Assembly (NCBI GenBank): GCA_012729095.1
Contig: JAAYDU010000034.1
Span: 178-64,177 of the forward strand
Reading direction: 5' to 3'
From: Methanobacteriota archaeon
GTDB lineage: Archaea > Thermoplasmatota > Thermoplasmata > Methanomassiliicoccales > UBA472
DNA length: 64,000 bases
Positions within the stretch are counted from its first letter, which is position 1; each line of letters opens with the position of its first letter. A model generated the notes under the pieces. That model searched no databases. It had not been told where the DNA came from and was given only the letters and a program-made list of their open reading frames with translations. Positions 42,161 to 52,134 of this stretch are shown here, in pieces. The position numbers were made by a program, and so were the translations under genes.

Positions 42161-44767
42161 ATGGCGAACACCTTAGATTCCTTCCATACCAAGAGCGCGC
42201 TGCAGCTCAGCGACGGTTCCCTGAACTACTTCTCCCTGAAGAAGCTGAAAGAGGATGTGGACCGCTTCCCGTTCTCCATAAAGGTGCTGCTGGAGTCCTT
42301 GCTGCGCCAGGAGGATGGATCGCTGGTGACCAAGGAGGACGTCCAGAAGATGCTGGCCTGGACCCCTGCCGGCAACGACGATGTGGACGTTCCGTTCATC
42401 CCGGCCCGGGTGGTGTTGCAGGACTTCACCGGCGTGCCGTGCGTGGTGGACCTGGCAGCGATGCGCGATGCCATGCGGGAGCTGGGAGGGGACCCCTCTC
42501 GCATCGACCCCCTGGTGCCCGTGGACCTTATCATAGACCATTCCGTGCAGACCGACTTCCACGGAACTTGCTACGCCCAGGAGCTCAACGAGAGGATGGA
42601 GATGGAGCGCAACCTTGAACGGTACTCGCTCCTGAAGTGGGCGCAGGGATCGTTCAACAACCTCCGGGTGGTGCCCCCGGGCAACGGCATCATACACCAG
42701 GTCAACCTGGAATGCCTGGCCACCGTGGTCGCCACCCGTGACGGGGTGGCCTTCCCCGATTCCGTGTTCGGAACGGACTCGCACACCACCCAGATAAACG
42801 GGCTGGGAGTGCTCGGCTGGGGCGTCGGCGGCATAGAGGCGGAGGCGGTCATGCTCGGCCAGCCCTACTACATGCCGTTGCCGCAGGTGGTGGGGTTCAA
42901 GATGACCGGAGAACTGAAAGCCGGGGTGACCGCGACGGACATGGTCCTGACGGCCGTCCAGATGCTTCGCAAGAAGGGCGTCGTCGGCAAGTTCGTGGAG
43001 TTCTACGGGCCGGGTATGAAGAACCTTTCTTTGCCGGACAGGGCGACGCTGGCCAACATGGCCCCGGAGTACGGGGCCACCATGGGCTACTTCCCGGTGG
43101 ACGAGGTGACCGTGTCCTATCTCAGGCTTACCGGGCGCGAGGGACTTTGCGAGCTTGTGGAGAGGTACGCCAGGGACCAGGGGCTGTTCTACGAGGACCA
43201 GACGCCCGATTACAGCGATCACCTGGAGCTTGACCTGGGGGACGTGCGGCCCTCCCTGGCCGGGCCGAAGCGACCGCAGGACCGCATCGAGCTTTCGCAG
43301 ATGAGGTCCGAGTTCGGGCACATGATGGATAGGCAGGGCGGGAAGAGGTCCGGCAGGCTGATGAGGGACGGGGACGTGCTCATAGCCTCCATAACCTCCT
43401 GCACCAACACCTCCAACCCGTCGGTCATGATGGCCGCCGGGCTGCTGGCCAAGAAGGCGGTGGAGAGGGGGCTGCGACCAAACCCGAACGTGAAGACGTC
43501 CTTGGCCCCGGGAAGCCGGGCCGTCACCACCTACCTGGAGAAGGCCGGCCTGCTCCCATACCTGGAAGCCCTTGGATTCCACGTGGTGGGTTATGGATGT
43601 CTCACCTGCATAGGCAACAGCGGGCCGGCGCGCGAGGAGCTTGCCGAGGACATAATCAAGAACGACCTGACGGTGGCAGCGGTGCTCTCGGGGAACCGCA
43701 ACTTCGAGGGGCGCATATCGCCGCACGTCAAGGCGAACTACCTGGCATCCCCCCCGTTGGTCGTGGCGTACGCCATAGCCGGATCGGTTGACATCGACCT
43801 TGAGAGCGAGCCGCTTGGAACCGACCCCAACGGCGAACCCGTGCATCTGAGGGACCTATGGCCGTCGGCCAGTGAGCTGAGCGCGGCTATGGAAAACGTC
43901 ACTCCGGAGGTGTACCGCAATGCCTATTCCACCGTCTTCCAGGGAAGCGACCTCTGGGACAAGGTCCCGGCGCCCAAGGGAGAGACGTTCGCGTGGGACC
44001 CCTGCTCCACGTACATACGCAAGGCGCCCTTCTTCGACGGCATGTGCAGGGACGTTCCGGAGCCGCGCAGCATCAGCGGCGCCCGCGTCCTGGCCGTTCT
44101 CGGGGACAGCATCACCACCGACCACATCTCCCCAGCCGGATCGTTCCCGGCCGACAGCGTGGCTGGCCAGTACCTCATGTCCCTGGGCGTGGGGGAGAAG
44201 GATTTCAACTCCTATGGCTCCCGCCGGGGCAATCATGAGGTCATGATGCGCGGGACCTTCGCCAACATACGCCTGAAGAACGCCATGGCAGGGGGCAGGG
44301 AGGGCGGGTTCACCGCGCTGCAGCCCGATGGCGCCGTGATGGACATTTTCTCGGCCTCCCGGGAGTATGCCGAGAGAGGCGTTCCGCTGATCGTGCTGGC
44401 AGGCAAGGAGTACGGCACCGGAAGTTCCCGCGACTGGGCGGCCAAGGGGCCGCAGCTGCTCGGGGTCAGGGCGGTGATGGCCGAATCCTTCGAGCGCATA
44501 CACCGCAGCAACCTGGTGGGCATGGGAGTGCTACCCCTTCAGTTCGAGCCGGGACAGAGCGCCGCCTCCCTGGGACTGGACGGCAGCGAGGAGTACGACG
44601 TGGAACTGCTGGAGATGAGGCCTCGCACCCCGGCGAAGGTGACCGTCCGCAAGAACGGGAGGACGACCACGTTCGAGGCCCTGACCCGACTGGACACGCC
44701 GGTGGAAGTGGACTACTACCGCAATGGCGGGATATTGCAGGCAGTGCTGAGGAAGCTAACGGCGTAA
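42161..44767 (+). CDS. acnA: Aconitate hydratase A
   Basis: 868 aa. [53 protein letters not shown]. Confidence 0.9.
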   Translation: MANTLDSFHTKSALQLSDGSLNYFSLKKLKEDVDRFPFSIKVLLESLLRQEDGSLVTKEDVQKMLAWTPAGNDDVDVPFIPARVVLQDFTGVPCVVDLAAMRDAMRELGGDPSRIDPLVPVDLIIDHSVQTDFHGTCYAQELNERMEMERNLERYSLLKWAQGSFNNLRVVPPGNGIIHQVNLECLATVVATRDGVAFPDSVFGTDSHTTQINGLGVLGWGVGGIEAEAVMLGQPYYMPLPQVVGFKMTGELKAGVTATDMVLTAVQMLRKKGVVGKFVEFYGPGMKNLSLPDRATLANMAPEYGATMGYFPVDEVTVSYLRLTGREGLCELVERYARDQGLFYEDQTPDYSDHLELDLGDVRPSLAGPKRPQDRIELSQMRSEFGHMMDRQGGKRSGRLMRDGDVLIASITSCTNTSNPSVMMAAGLLAKKAVERGLRPNPNVKTSLAPGSRAVTTYLEKAGLLPYLEALGFHVVGYGCLTCIGNSGPAREELAEDIIKNDLTVAAVLSGNRNFEGRISPHVKANYLASPPLVVAYAIAGSVDIDLESEPLGTDPNGEPVHLRDLWPSASELSAAMENVTPEVYRNAYSTVFQGSDLWDKVPAPKGETFAWDPCSTYIRKAPFFDGMCRDVPEPRSISGARVLAVLGDSITTDHISPAGSFPADSVAGQYLMSLGVGEKDFNSYGSRRGNHEVMMRGTFANIRLKNAMAGGREGGFTALQPDGAVMDIFSASREYAERGVPLIVLAGKEYGTGSSRDWAAKGPQLLGVRAVMAESFERIHRSNLVGMGVLPLQFEPGQSAASLGLDGSEEYDVELLEMRPRTPAKVTVRKNGRTTTFEALTRLDTPVEVDYYRNGGILQAVLRKLTA

Positions 44768-44802
44768 TCTCATTATAATCATCAGGGCGTTGCCGCCATG
44801 TC

Positions 44803-45783
44803 ATGAATGGTGGTGAGACCGTCATAGTGGTCAGGGACCTTACCAAGGTCTATCCGGCAGCGGCCAGGCTGTTCGGCGACGGCGGGAGGGAGAAGCTGGC
44901 CGTGGACCACGTGTCCTTCGATGTGCGTCGCGGGGAGATATTCGGATTGCTGGGCCCCAACGGTGCCGGGAAAACGACCACCATCAAGATGCTGACCACC
45001 CTGCTGATACCGACCTCGGGCAGCGCTTCCGTGCTCGGCCTGGACGCGGTCAGGGACCCTGTCAAGCTCCGGCCGCGCATCAACCTGGTCTCCGGCGGGG
45101 AGAGGGGGCTGTACTTCCGCCTGACCGGAAGGCAGAACCTGGAGTTCTTCTCCGACATGTACCGCGTGCCGCGGGAAAGCAAGAAGGCCAAGATCCAGTA
45201 CCTGCTGGACCTGGTGGGCCTGACCGAAGCGGCCGATGTGAGGGTGGAGGAGTACTCCCGGGGCATGAAACAGCGACTGCATTTGGCCAGGGGATTGGTG
45301 AACGACCCCGAGGTGCTCTTCCTTGACGAGCCCACCCTTGGGCTCGATCCGGAGATATCCAGGGAGACCCGGGCCCTGATAAGGCGGCTCTCCGAGGAGG
45401 GCATGACCATCATGCTCACCACCCACTACATGTTCGAGGCCGACGAGCTCTGCGACCGATTGGCCATCATCTCGGAGGGCGTGATAAAGGCCATGGGCTC
45501 GCCGTACTCGATGAAGGAGTCGGTGAGGAACGACTCCATCATAGAGATAGAGGCAAGGGAGCTGGGCGAGGCGCAGCGCAAGGAGCTGTCGGACCTTCCC
45601 GGGGTGTCCGCGGTATCGATACAGTTCCTGGAGGCGCGGCAGCTTGCCCGGATCGTCGTCGATGACGCTCCGGCGCTCATCCCCACCGTGGCCGCACTGC
45701 TGGAGAACCGCAAGGTGATCAGCATCAGGGTGGACCAGCCGACCTTGGAGGACGCCTACATAAAGCTGGTGAACGGAAAATGA
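44803..45783 (+). CDS. ABC-2-type exporter ATPase (DrrA-like)
   Basis: GPNGAGKTT, YSRGMKQRL, LFLDEPTLGLD, THY. Confidence 0.85.
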   Translation: MNGGETVIVVRDLTKVYPAAARLFGDGGREKLAVDHVSFDVRRGEIFGLLGPNGAGKTTTIKMLTTLLIPTSGSASVLGLDAVRDPVKLRPRINLVSGGERGLYFRLTGRQNLEFFSDMYRVPRESKKAKIQYLLDLVGLTEAADVRVEEYSRGMKQRLHLARGLVNDPEVLFLDEPTLGLDPEISRETRALIRRLSEEGMTIMLTTHYMFEADELCDRLAIISEGVIKAMGSPYSMKESVRNDSIIEIEARELGEAQRKELSDLPGVSAVSIQFLEARQLARIVVDDAPALIPTVAALLENRKVISIRVDQPTLEDAYIKLVNGK

Positions 45784-46565
45784 TCGACCTGCGGGCCATG
45801 AAGGCCTCCTTCAAGCAGCAGTCCATACATTTCTTCGTAGACCCGCAATGGGTGATACCGAGCATAATCGCCCCATTCATATTCACCACCGTGACCCTGT
45901 TCCTCTTCCGCCATGCCGGCGGAGACCTCCTGCTGTACGCCGTGCTGGGAGGCGGCGTCCTGGGAATGTGGGGGAACACCATTCACAGCAGCAGCTGGTC
46001 CATCGGCTACGACAGGATGAACGGCACGCTGGAGGCGATCATGGTGACCCCCGCGCCCCTCTCGTCGGTGGTGTTCGGCCGCTGCCTTTGGAACTCCTTC
46101 CTCGGCCTGCTGAACGCCCTGGCGGTGTTCATTGTGGCGGAGTTCGCCTTCGGCATAGACGTGACCGTGCAGGACCCCCTGGGATTCGTGGTGGCCATGA
46201 TGGCGACGCTGCTGTCCCTGTCCGTGCTGGGAATGGTCTTTGGGGCGTTCTACGTGGTCACGCGGGCCTCCTCCGCCTTCTTTCAGATACTGGAGTTCCC
46301 GATATACGTGCTCTCGGGGGCGGTGTTCCCCCTGATGAACCTTCCGGATTGGTCCCGGCCCTTCTCATACGTGATCCCGGCCACCTGGGGGGCCGAGGCC
46401 CTGAAGATATCCACCGTGGCGGGTCACGACTCGATGGGACTGGGATACTACGGCGCACTGGGGCTCACGGGATTGACCACCGTGGCCTTTCTGCTGATCT
46501 CCCTGTGGCTGTTCACCTACCTGGAGGGAAGGGCCAAGGTCAATGGGACCCTGGTGAGGTACTGA
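45780..46565 (+). CDS. ABC-2 family permease
   Basis: 261 aa with 6 predicted TM helices. ATGA overlap with the ATPase gene. Confidence 0.75.
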   Translation: MIDLRAMKASFKQQSIHFFVDPQWVIPSIIAPFIFTTVTLFLFRHAGGDLLLYAVLGGGVLGMWGNTIHSSSWSIGYDRMNGTLEAIMVTPAPLSSVVFGRCLWNSFLGLLNALAVFIVAEFAFGIDVTVQDPLGFVVAMMATLLSLSVLGMVFGAFYVVTRASSAFFQILEFPIYVLSGAVFPLMNLPDWSRPFSYVIPATWGAEALKISTVAGHDSMGLGYYGALGLTGLTTVAFLLISLWLFTYLEGRAKVNGTLVRY

Positions 46566-46566
46566 C

Positions 46567-47361
46567 ATGCTGGAAGACATCACGGGAGTGAAGGCCTCGG
46601 CCCTGGTGGCCATGCGTTCCCAGTTCGCGGTGGTAGGCCCGGTCCTGTGGCTGGTGCAGATACTCTCCACGGCGCTCTTCCAGATGTGGTTCTTCGTGCT
46701 GGTCAGCGATTTCGCGGGCGATCCCGGGGCTACCCCGGCGTACGTGGCCCTGGGCAACGCCGTGTCCGCCCTCACCTATTCAGCCGTGTACGGGGTCACC
46801 ATGTCGGCCGGGGCCGAGAAGCACATCGGGACCATGGCCACCATCATGGGCACGCCGACGCGCATGTTCTACGTGTTCCTGGGGAAGGGCGCGTATCAAT
46901 CGATAATAGGGATGTTCACTGTCACCGTCTCCCTCGGCTTCGCGTCCCTGTTCTTCGGGGTGGACCTTTCCGGGGCGAACCTCGTCGCCCTGGCGGCGGT
47001 GCTGCTGGCCACCTGTTTCGCCATGGTCGGTTTCGGAATGGTCATCGGCAGCGTGGGGGTCTACCTGCGCTCGTCCATGATACTGGGGTCCATAGTGCTG
47101 TACCTGGGATTGCTGCTTTGCGGCGTGAACTTCCCGATATCCTACCTTCCGTGGTGGCTGCAGCCCGCGTCATACGTGTTCCCGCTCACATTCGGGGTGC
47201 AGGCCGTGCGCGATGTGGCGGCCGGGGCTGGCCTGGCGGAGGTGGCGCCCCTGCTGGCGATCATGCTGTCCATAGGGGCGGCCTTTTTCCTTATGGCCTA
47301 CGCGCTTTTCAACTATTTCGAGAGACTCGCCTTGAAGCGCGGCTCGCTGGACATGTTCTGA
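46567..47361 (+). CDS. ABC-2 family permease (second subunit)
   Basis: 264 aa, multi-TM. Starts 1 nt after the previous stop. Confidence 0.75.
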   Translation: MLEDITGVKASALVAMRSQFAVVGPVLWLVQILSTALFQMWFFVLVSDFAGDPGATPAYVALGNAVSALTYSAVYGVTMSAGAEKHIGTMATIMGTPTRMFYVFLGKGAYQSIIGMFTVTVSLGFASLFFGVDLSGANLVALAAVLLATCFAMVGFGMVIGSVGVYLRSSMILGSIVLYLGLLLCGVNFPISYLPWWLQPASYVFPLTFGVQAVRDVAAGAGLAEVAPLLAIMLSIGAAFFLMAYALFNYFERLALKRGSLDMF

Positions 47362-47748
47362 TCATATCAGCCCTAGCACCAGAAGGGCCAGGCTGGCGAC
47401 GGTGTACGGAAGCAGGGCCGGGCCCGTTCTCCGTTGCAGCACGAGCTGCACCCCCTGGCGCAAAGCGGTCTTGGTCAGCAGGGAATAGGACACGCGCGCC
47501 ATGAGAAAGGTTCCCAGAATGGCCATGGCCAGGGAGAGGTCTTCACCCCCGGTGAAGTGCAGGTACCAGAACAGGATGGTGCCGCATATGGAGAGCGCGA
47601 TGCACGCCCAGGCCCATATCGGCCGGCCCTGCTCCCGGCCTGCATCGGCGAGCAGGCGCGCCCAGCGATGGGGTAGCGCCCGCACTGACAGCAGGAGGAA
47701 GGCGGAGAGGGCGCCGAGGAACACGCTGAGCATGGACAATGGCTCCAT
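47362..47748 (-). CDS. Hypothetical small membrane protein
   Basis: 128 aa with about 4 hydrophobic helices. No family recognised. Confidence 0.4.
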   Translation of the reverse strand: MEPLSMLSVFLGALSAFLLLSVRALPHRWARLLADAGREQGRPIWAWACIALSICGTILFWYLHFTGGEDLSLAMAILGTFLMARVSYSLLTKTALRQGVQLVLQRRTGPALLPYTVASLALLVLGLI

Positions 47749-47772
47749 GCCCGTCCATATCCGGACCGGTTA

Positions 47773-48219
47773 TTATAGGTCTCGCACCGGGTCTTCCTTG
47801 CGCACCGTTCTGACATCGCTGACCGGTATCCAGTCGTCCAGGGTGTGGAAGTCGCGGCGGGTGAATCGGAATAGGGGGACCTCCTGGAAGCCATCGACCG
47901 TGACCAGCACCAGATACCTCTTGCCGGCCATTCTCAGGAACTGCCTCTCCGACAGCCAAAGGTCGCGGCGGTGCCTCTCCAGCAAGGCCTCGCTCTCCTC
48001 GTGGGTGAGCTTGGGGGAATCGAACACCTCGGTCACCCTCCCCCGGCCGTAAATGATCTGCTGGCCGTCGTTCTCGGTGAAGTAGAGCATGTCGCCTACC
48101 TTGACCTTGCCGTACGGCGAGCGGCGGCCGTTGTACGCCCGGCCGACCATGGTCTTCTTTCCCAGGCGCATCGCCTCCAAGGCACCCGCGGGCTTGTCCA
48201 GGTAGACAATGTGGTCCAT
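47773..48219 (-). CDS. ASCH/PUA-like domain protein (tentative)
   Basis: GKKTMVGRAYNGRR...KVKVGDMLYF resembles the ASCH N-terminal beta-barrel pattern. Confidence 0.45.
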   Translation of the reverse strand: MDHIVYLDKPAGALEAMRLGKKTMVGRAYNGRRSPYGKVKVGDMLYFTENDGQQIIYGRGRVTEVFDSPKLTHEESEALLERHRRDLWLSERQFLRMAGKRYLVLVTVDGFQEVPLFRFTRRDFHTLDDWIPVSDVRTVRKEDPVRDL

Positions 48220-48268
48220 CTAGCACCGGCATGTCATTGGAAGGATAAAATGAATCTCCCTGGTGCGT

Positions 48269-49765
48269 TCAACGCTTTATGTTTATCGTGGTGATCACGC
48301 GGGCGTCCTTGCCCTTTCCGATGAACGCCAGGTAGCAGATGGCCTCGTTGCGGGAACCCCCCTTGCCAATGATGATGCTGGGTATCGATATCCTACCGTC
48401 GGCGTTGATGCGACGGGGCTTACCCTCCCCCATCTGGAACTCCAGAAAACCAGTGGTCCTGCCCATGGCCAGTACCTCCTGCTTGGTGCACCCGAGCTCG
48501 TAGCACAGGGCCATGTTGACCTGGTGTATCGCACCATCTTGATCGGTGACCACGATCGGGATGGGATAGCTGTCCATGCTCCCCGCTGCCGGCCCCGCAG
48601 GGTCCAGGACCTCGTTCTTCAGCGCGTCTATGTTCCTCCAAGATTCCGCATCCTGGACCGTGGCGCCCTTCGGGAGCACTATGACGACGATGCTGTCCAC
48701 CTCGTCCCCCATCATGACCGGTACCAGCCGGGTCTCCACGGCGAGAGGGCCGAACTTGCCGTTCAGATACCCCTCGATGATGGACTGCTGAGCGAAATGG
48801 AACACCTCGTTGAACAGTTTCCCGGCGCCGTTGGGCAGGTCGGGGAACAGTTCGAACACGGACCTTCCCTCGTACGAGGTGCCCGGCCCCATGTCCTTCA
48901 GGTACTTGACGAAGGTATGGTTGCCGATGGTGACCCTGAGCTCACGGTCTATCATGAACACCATTTCAGGCATGGCATCCAGCATTGTCCGCAGATTGTT
49001 CTCTGCCCGCAACAGGGCGAACTCCACCATGCGCCGATGGACGATCTCCTCCGGCAGCTCGCGGTTCATATCGATCAGCATGGACCGCTCGCGCCTCTCC
49101 TTCTCCCGGATGTCCAGCTCCTCCTTGATGTTGTCAAGGTGCTCGAAAAGGTCACGGTATGACTCCTCGAGGGGCTTGGCACGGCGGGGTATATGGTAGA
49201 AGTTGCGGCACAGTACGCCATCCATTATGATGTTGGGATAGGAGGCCAGGGACCGGAGCAGGAAGCCTGGGGAGAGGGAGGTCATGTCGTAAAGGCAGAC
49301 CATGGTCACCCCCAGCTCATCGCGCTCATCATCGAGTTCCAACCAGGCGCCCTCCCCCGGAGAGTGCGTGTTCAGTTCCTCGGGTATGTTGATTATCAGC
49401 CGGGTGCCGGCGTACCCCATGCCCTTGGCCTTCTGGACGAAGCTTTGCATCAGCTCCTTGAAGTTGGAGCGGGAACAGTTCCCTTGGATCGTCTTCTCGA
49501 GAGGTATCGCCTCTATGGAAGGATGGGAGTCCAGGTCGAGGCCCCTCGCCCTCAGCTTCTCCCTCAGCAGTGACGGCGGGGATCGGAACAGCAGCTTGCA
49601 CATCTCCTCCTGCCTTATGCTGTCCTTAAGAAGGTCGGCGAGAGGGTCGAACACGTCATCCAGACGGTGATAGAACAGGGCGGCCTTCTCCCCCGGAGGC
49701 ATGGCCAGGGCTGGCTTGGACGATGCCGGGGAAGCTGCCTCGCAGAGACCGTTCGAGCCTATCAC
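48269..49765 (-). CDS. MEDS domain + two PAS domains sensor protein without recognisable output domain
   Basis: N-terminal ALFYHRLDDVFDPLADLLKDSIRQEEMC...CLYD (MEDS-like), then a coiled-coil linker, then two PAS-like segments (LRTMLDAMPEMVFMIDRE..., PIPIVVTDQDGAIHQVNMA...). An alternative start is ATG 49702. Confidence 0.6.
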   Translation of the reverse strand: MIGSNGLCEAASPASSKPALAMPPGEKAALFYHRLDDVFDPLADLLKDSIRQEEMCKLLFRSPPSLLREKLRARGLDLDSHPSIEAIPLEKTIQGNCSRSNFKELMQSFVQKAKGMGYAGTRLIINIPEELNTHSPGEGAWLELDDERDELGVTMVCLYDMTSLSPGFLLRSLASYPNIIMDGVLCRNFYHIPRRAKPLEESYRDLFEHLDNIKEELDIREKERRERSMLIDMNRELPEEIVHRRMVEFALLRAENNLRTMLDAMPEMVFMIDRELRVTIGNHTFVKYLKDMGPGTSYEGRSVFELFPDLPNGAGKLFNEVFHFAQQSIIEGYLNGKFGPLAVETRLVPVMMGDEVDSIVVIVLPKGATVQDAESWRNIDALKNEVLDPAGPAAGSMDSYPIPIVVTDQDGAIHQVNMALCYELGCTKQEVLAMGRTTGFLEFQMGEGKPRRINADGRISIPSIIIGKGGSRNEAICYLAFIGKGKDARVITTINIKR

Positions 49766-49848
49766 GTTTTGCTGTGATGCGTTGCTATTGTTAATAATTT
49801 CTTCAGGTTATCGCAAATTCTAACTGTTGGTACGCGTTGGTAGGGAAC

Positions 49849-50337
49849 ATGTGCCTGGTCCCTGACCACGAGATCGCATCGAGATTGAAGGACGGCTCGC
49901 TGGTGATAACCGATTTTATACCCGAGGGGCTGACGCCCAACGGCTACGACCTGAGGGTGGCCGAGGCCCGCCTGGAGGAGGGGGAGAGCGTGACCTCCGG
50001 AACGTTCATCGTTCCCCCGGGGAGACTGTTCTTCGTTTCCACCGTCGAGCGCGTCGAACTTCCGGACGACCTCGCCGCGCAGTTGTGGACCAGGACGTCC
50101 TGGCTGCGCAAGGGATTGCTAATGGGGCTGGGAAAGATAGACGCTGGCTTCCACGGCACCCTTACCTTCAGCGGGTTCAACGCCTCCTCCGTTCCCGTGG
50201 AACTGCCGGTAGGCAGCCGCATGGTGCAGATGGTGCTGGAGACCATGCATTCCCCGGTCGAACGCTCCTACGCCAAGCGCAGCGGCAACTATCAGGGTCA
50301 GAAAGGAATAACCTTACGTCCAGCCGACAAGGAGTAG
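49849..50337 (+). CDS. dcd: dCTP deaminase/dUTPase-family protein (short archaeal form)
   Basis: GYDLRV, RTSWLRKGL, GKIDAGFHG. Start placed at ATG 49849. Confidence 0.7.
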   Translation: MCLVPDHEIASRLKDGSLVITDFIPEGLTPNGYDLRVAEARLEEGESVTSGTFIVPPGRLFFVSTVERVELPDDLAAQLWTRTSWLRKGLLMGLGKIDAGFHGTLTFSGFNASSVPVELPVGSRMVQMVLETMHSPVERSYAKRSGNYQGQKGITLRPADKE

Positions 50338-51324
50338 GTCGGCTGAGAAGACGGACGCTGAGGGCGAGTAGGTCTTGAGCTCCTCGCTGCGAAGCACCTC
50401 TATCCTCACGCCCATCCCGCAGGCCATCCTCTCCAGGTCCTCGAGCACCCCCGGGAAATCGCTGCGTTCGCAGATGTGATAGAGGTGCATAACGCCCCCC
50501 AGCTTCAACCGGGTGAGGGCGTCGGCAAAGAAGTCGATGGCCGAGTGTGGCAGGTTCATTATCACCCGGTCGGCGCAGGGGAGATCGAACACCCATTGCC
50601 TGGCGTCCCCCTCCAACGGGACCACGCCATGCACCTTGTTGAGCTCCACGTTCTCCCGCATGAGCTGCACCGCCCCCGGGTTGAGGTCGATAGCGTATAC
50701 CGCGCGGGGACGGGACAGCTTGGCGATCATTACGGCGAAGGGGCCCACGCCGGAGAACATGTCCACGACCGTCTCGCCCTCCTTCACCAACGACGCTATC
50801 CTCCGCCTCTCGCTGGACAGGCGGGGATTGAAATACGCTTTTCGGGGATCGACCTTGAAACGCAGACCGTACTCGGTGTGGACCGTCCCGCTCACGTCCT
50901 CCCCGGCTATCACCTCCAGGTCCAGCGTTCTGAACTCACCCATCACCCCGTGGTCCAGGAAAGCCGAGCGCAGGCGGGGGAAGGCGGCCAGCAACGCCTC
51001 TCCGACCTCGTTGGCGTGCGGCAGGAGCTCGTCGGGCAATCTTATGATAGCTATGTCGCCCAGGGTATCGAAGGCCGTCGGCAGCAGCGGCCTCAGTTCA
51101 TCGGGCACCCTGGCCAGGGCCTTGTAGTCGCGTTCCTCGCGCTCCCGCTCCCTGAGGTCCCGCTCCTCGACCGCCAGGCCTTCCGGGGCGGAAAGCACCG
51201 GCAGGAACAGGAAGTCCTGGTCCCTGTCCAAGTAGAGTGACTGGTCCAGGAGGCCGTCCTCTAAAAGCTTTTTACGGATGTACTCTCCTTCCCCCTTTCG
51301 GACCCTGACGCAAAGGGAACGCAC
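50314..51324 (-). CDS. trm5: tRNA (guanine37-N1)-methyltransferase Trm5 family
   Basis: FDTLGDIAII, YFNPRLSSER, VVDMFSGVGPFA, IMNLP. GTG start. Confidence 0.8.
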   Translation of the reverse strand: MRSLCVRVRKGEGEYIRKKLLEDGLLDQSLYLDRDQDFLFLPVLSAPEGLAVEERDLREREREERDYKALARVPDELRPLLPTAFDTLGDIAIIRLPDELLPHANEVGEALLAAFPRLRSAFLDHGVMGEFRTLDLEVIAGEDVSGTVHTEYGLRFKVDPRKAYFNPRLSSERRRIASLVKEGETVVDMFSGVGPFAVMIAKLSRPRAVYAIDLNPGAVQLMRENVELNKVHGVVPLEGDARQWVFDLPCADRVIMNLPHSAIDFFADALTRLKLGGVMHLYHICERSDFPGVLEDLERMACGMGVRIEVLRSEELKTYSPSASVFSADLLLVGWT

Positions 51325-51333
51325 GGTGTTGCC

Positions 51334-52134
51334 ATGGGAGAATTGATATTTGTTGGTTTAGGGCTGGGAGGAGTGGAAGATATGAGCGCCCGGGCCCTCG
51401 CCGCCCTGAAGGAATGCGACCAGGTGTTCGGGGAGTTCTACACCTCCAGGCTCATCGACTCCACGCCGGAGGACCTGGAGAAGGCCATAGGAAAGGAAAT
51501 AGTCCGGCTCTGCCGGAAGGAGGTGGAGGAGGACGAGACGGTCATTGATGCGGCCAAGAAGGGGAGGGTGGCCTTCGTTACCGCTGGTGACACAATGGCC
51601 GCGACCACCCACGTGGACCTCAAGATACGGGCGATGGAGGACGGGATACCGACGCGGATCTTCTACGGCGTTTCCATATTCACGGCCTGTTCTTCCGCCC
51701 TGGGACTTCAACCTTACAAGTTCGGGAGGACGGTGACGATACCTTTCCCGGAGCCGGGGTTCACCCCGCTGTCTCCTTACGAGAACATCTACGATAACTG
51801 GTCTCGCGGACTGCACACCCTGGTACTTTTGGACATACGCGAGGATGAGAACCGCTACATGACCGCCAACCAGGCCGTGCAATGGCTGCTCGACGCCGAG
51901 AGGGCCAAGGGGCTGGGGATGATCTCACCGACGACCGTCATATGCGCCGCGGCCCGTGTCGGCTCCCCAACGGAAAAGGTGGCCGCCGGATACCCGTCTA
52001 AGATGCTGGACGAGGACATGGGACCGCCGCTGCACTCCGTCGTCGTCCCGGGAAAGCTGCACTTCATAGAGGCCTACGCCCTGGTCAGGTTCGCCGGGGC
52101 GCCGGAGGAGATAGCCGACGATCAGAACCTGTAA
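51334..52134 (+). CDS. dph5: Diphthine synthase
   Basis: LIFVGLGLG, EFYTS, VAFVTAGDTMAATTH, LHTLVLLD, PLHSVVVPG. Confidence 0.9.
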   Translation: MGELIFVGLGLGGVEDMSARALAALKECDQVFGEFYTSRLIDSTPEDLEKAIGKEIVRLCRKEVEEDETVIDAAKKGRVAFVTAGDTMAATTHVDLKIRAMEDGIPTRIFYGVSIFTACSSALGLQPYKFGRTVTIPFPEPGFTPLSPYENIYDNWSRGLHTLVLLDIREDENRYMTANQAVQWLLDAERAKGLGMISPTTVICAAARVGSPTEKVAAGYPSKMLDEDMGPPLHSVVVPGKLHFIEAYALVRFAGAPEEIADDQNL

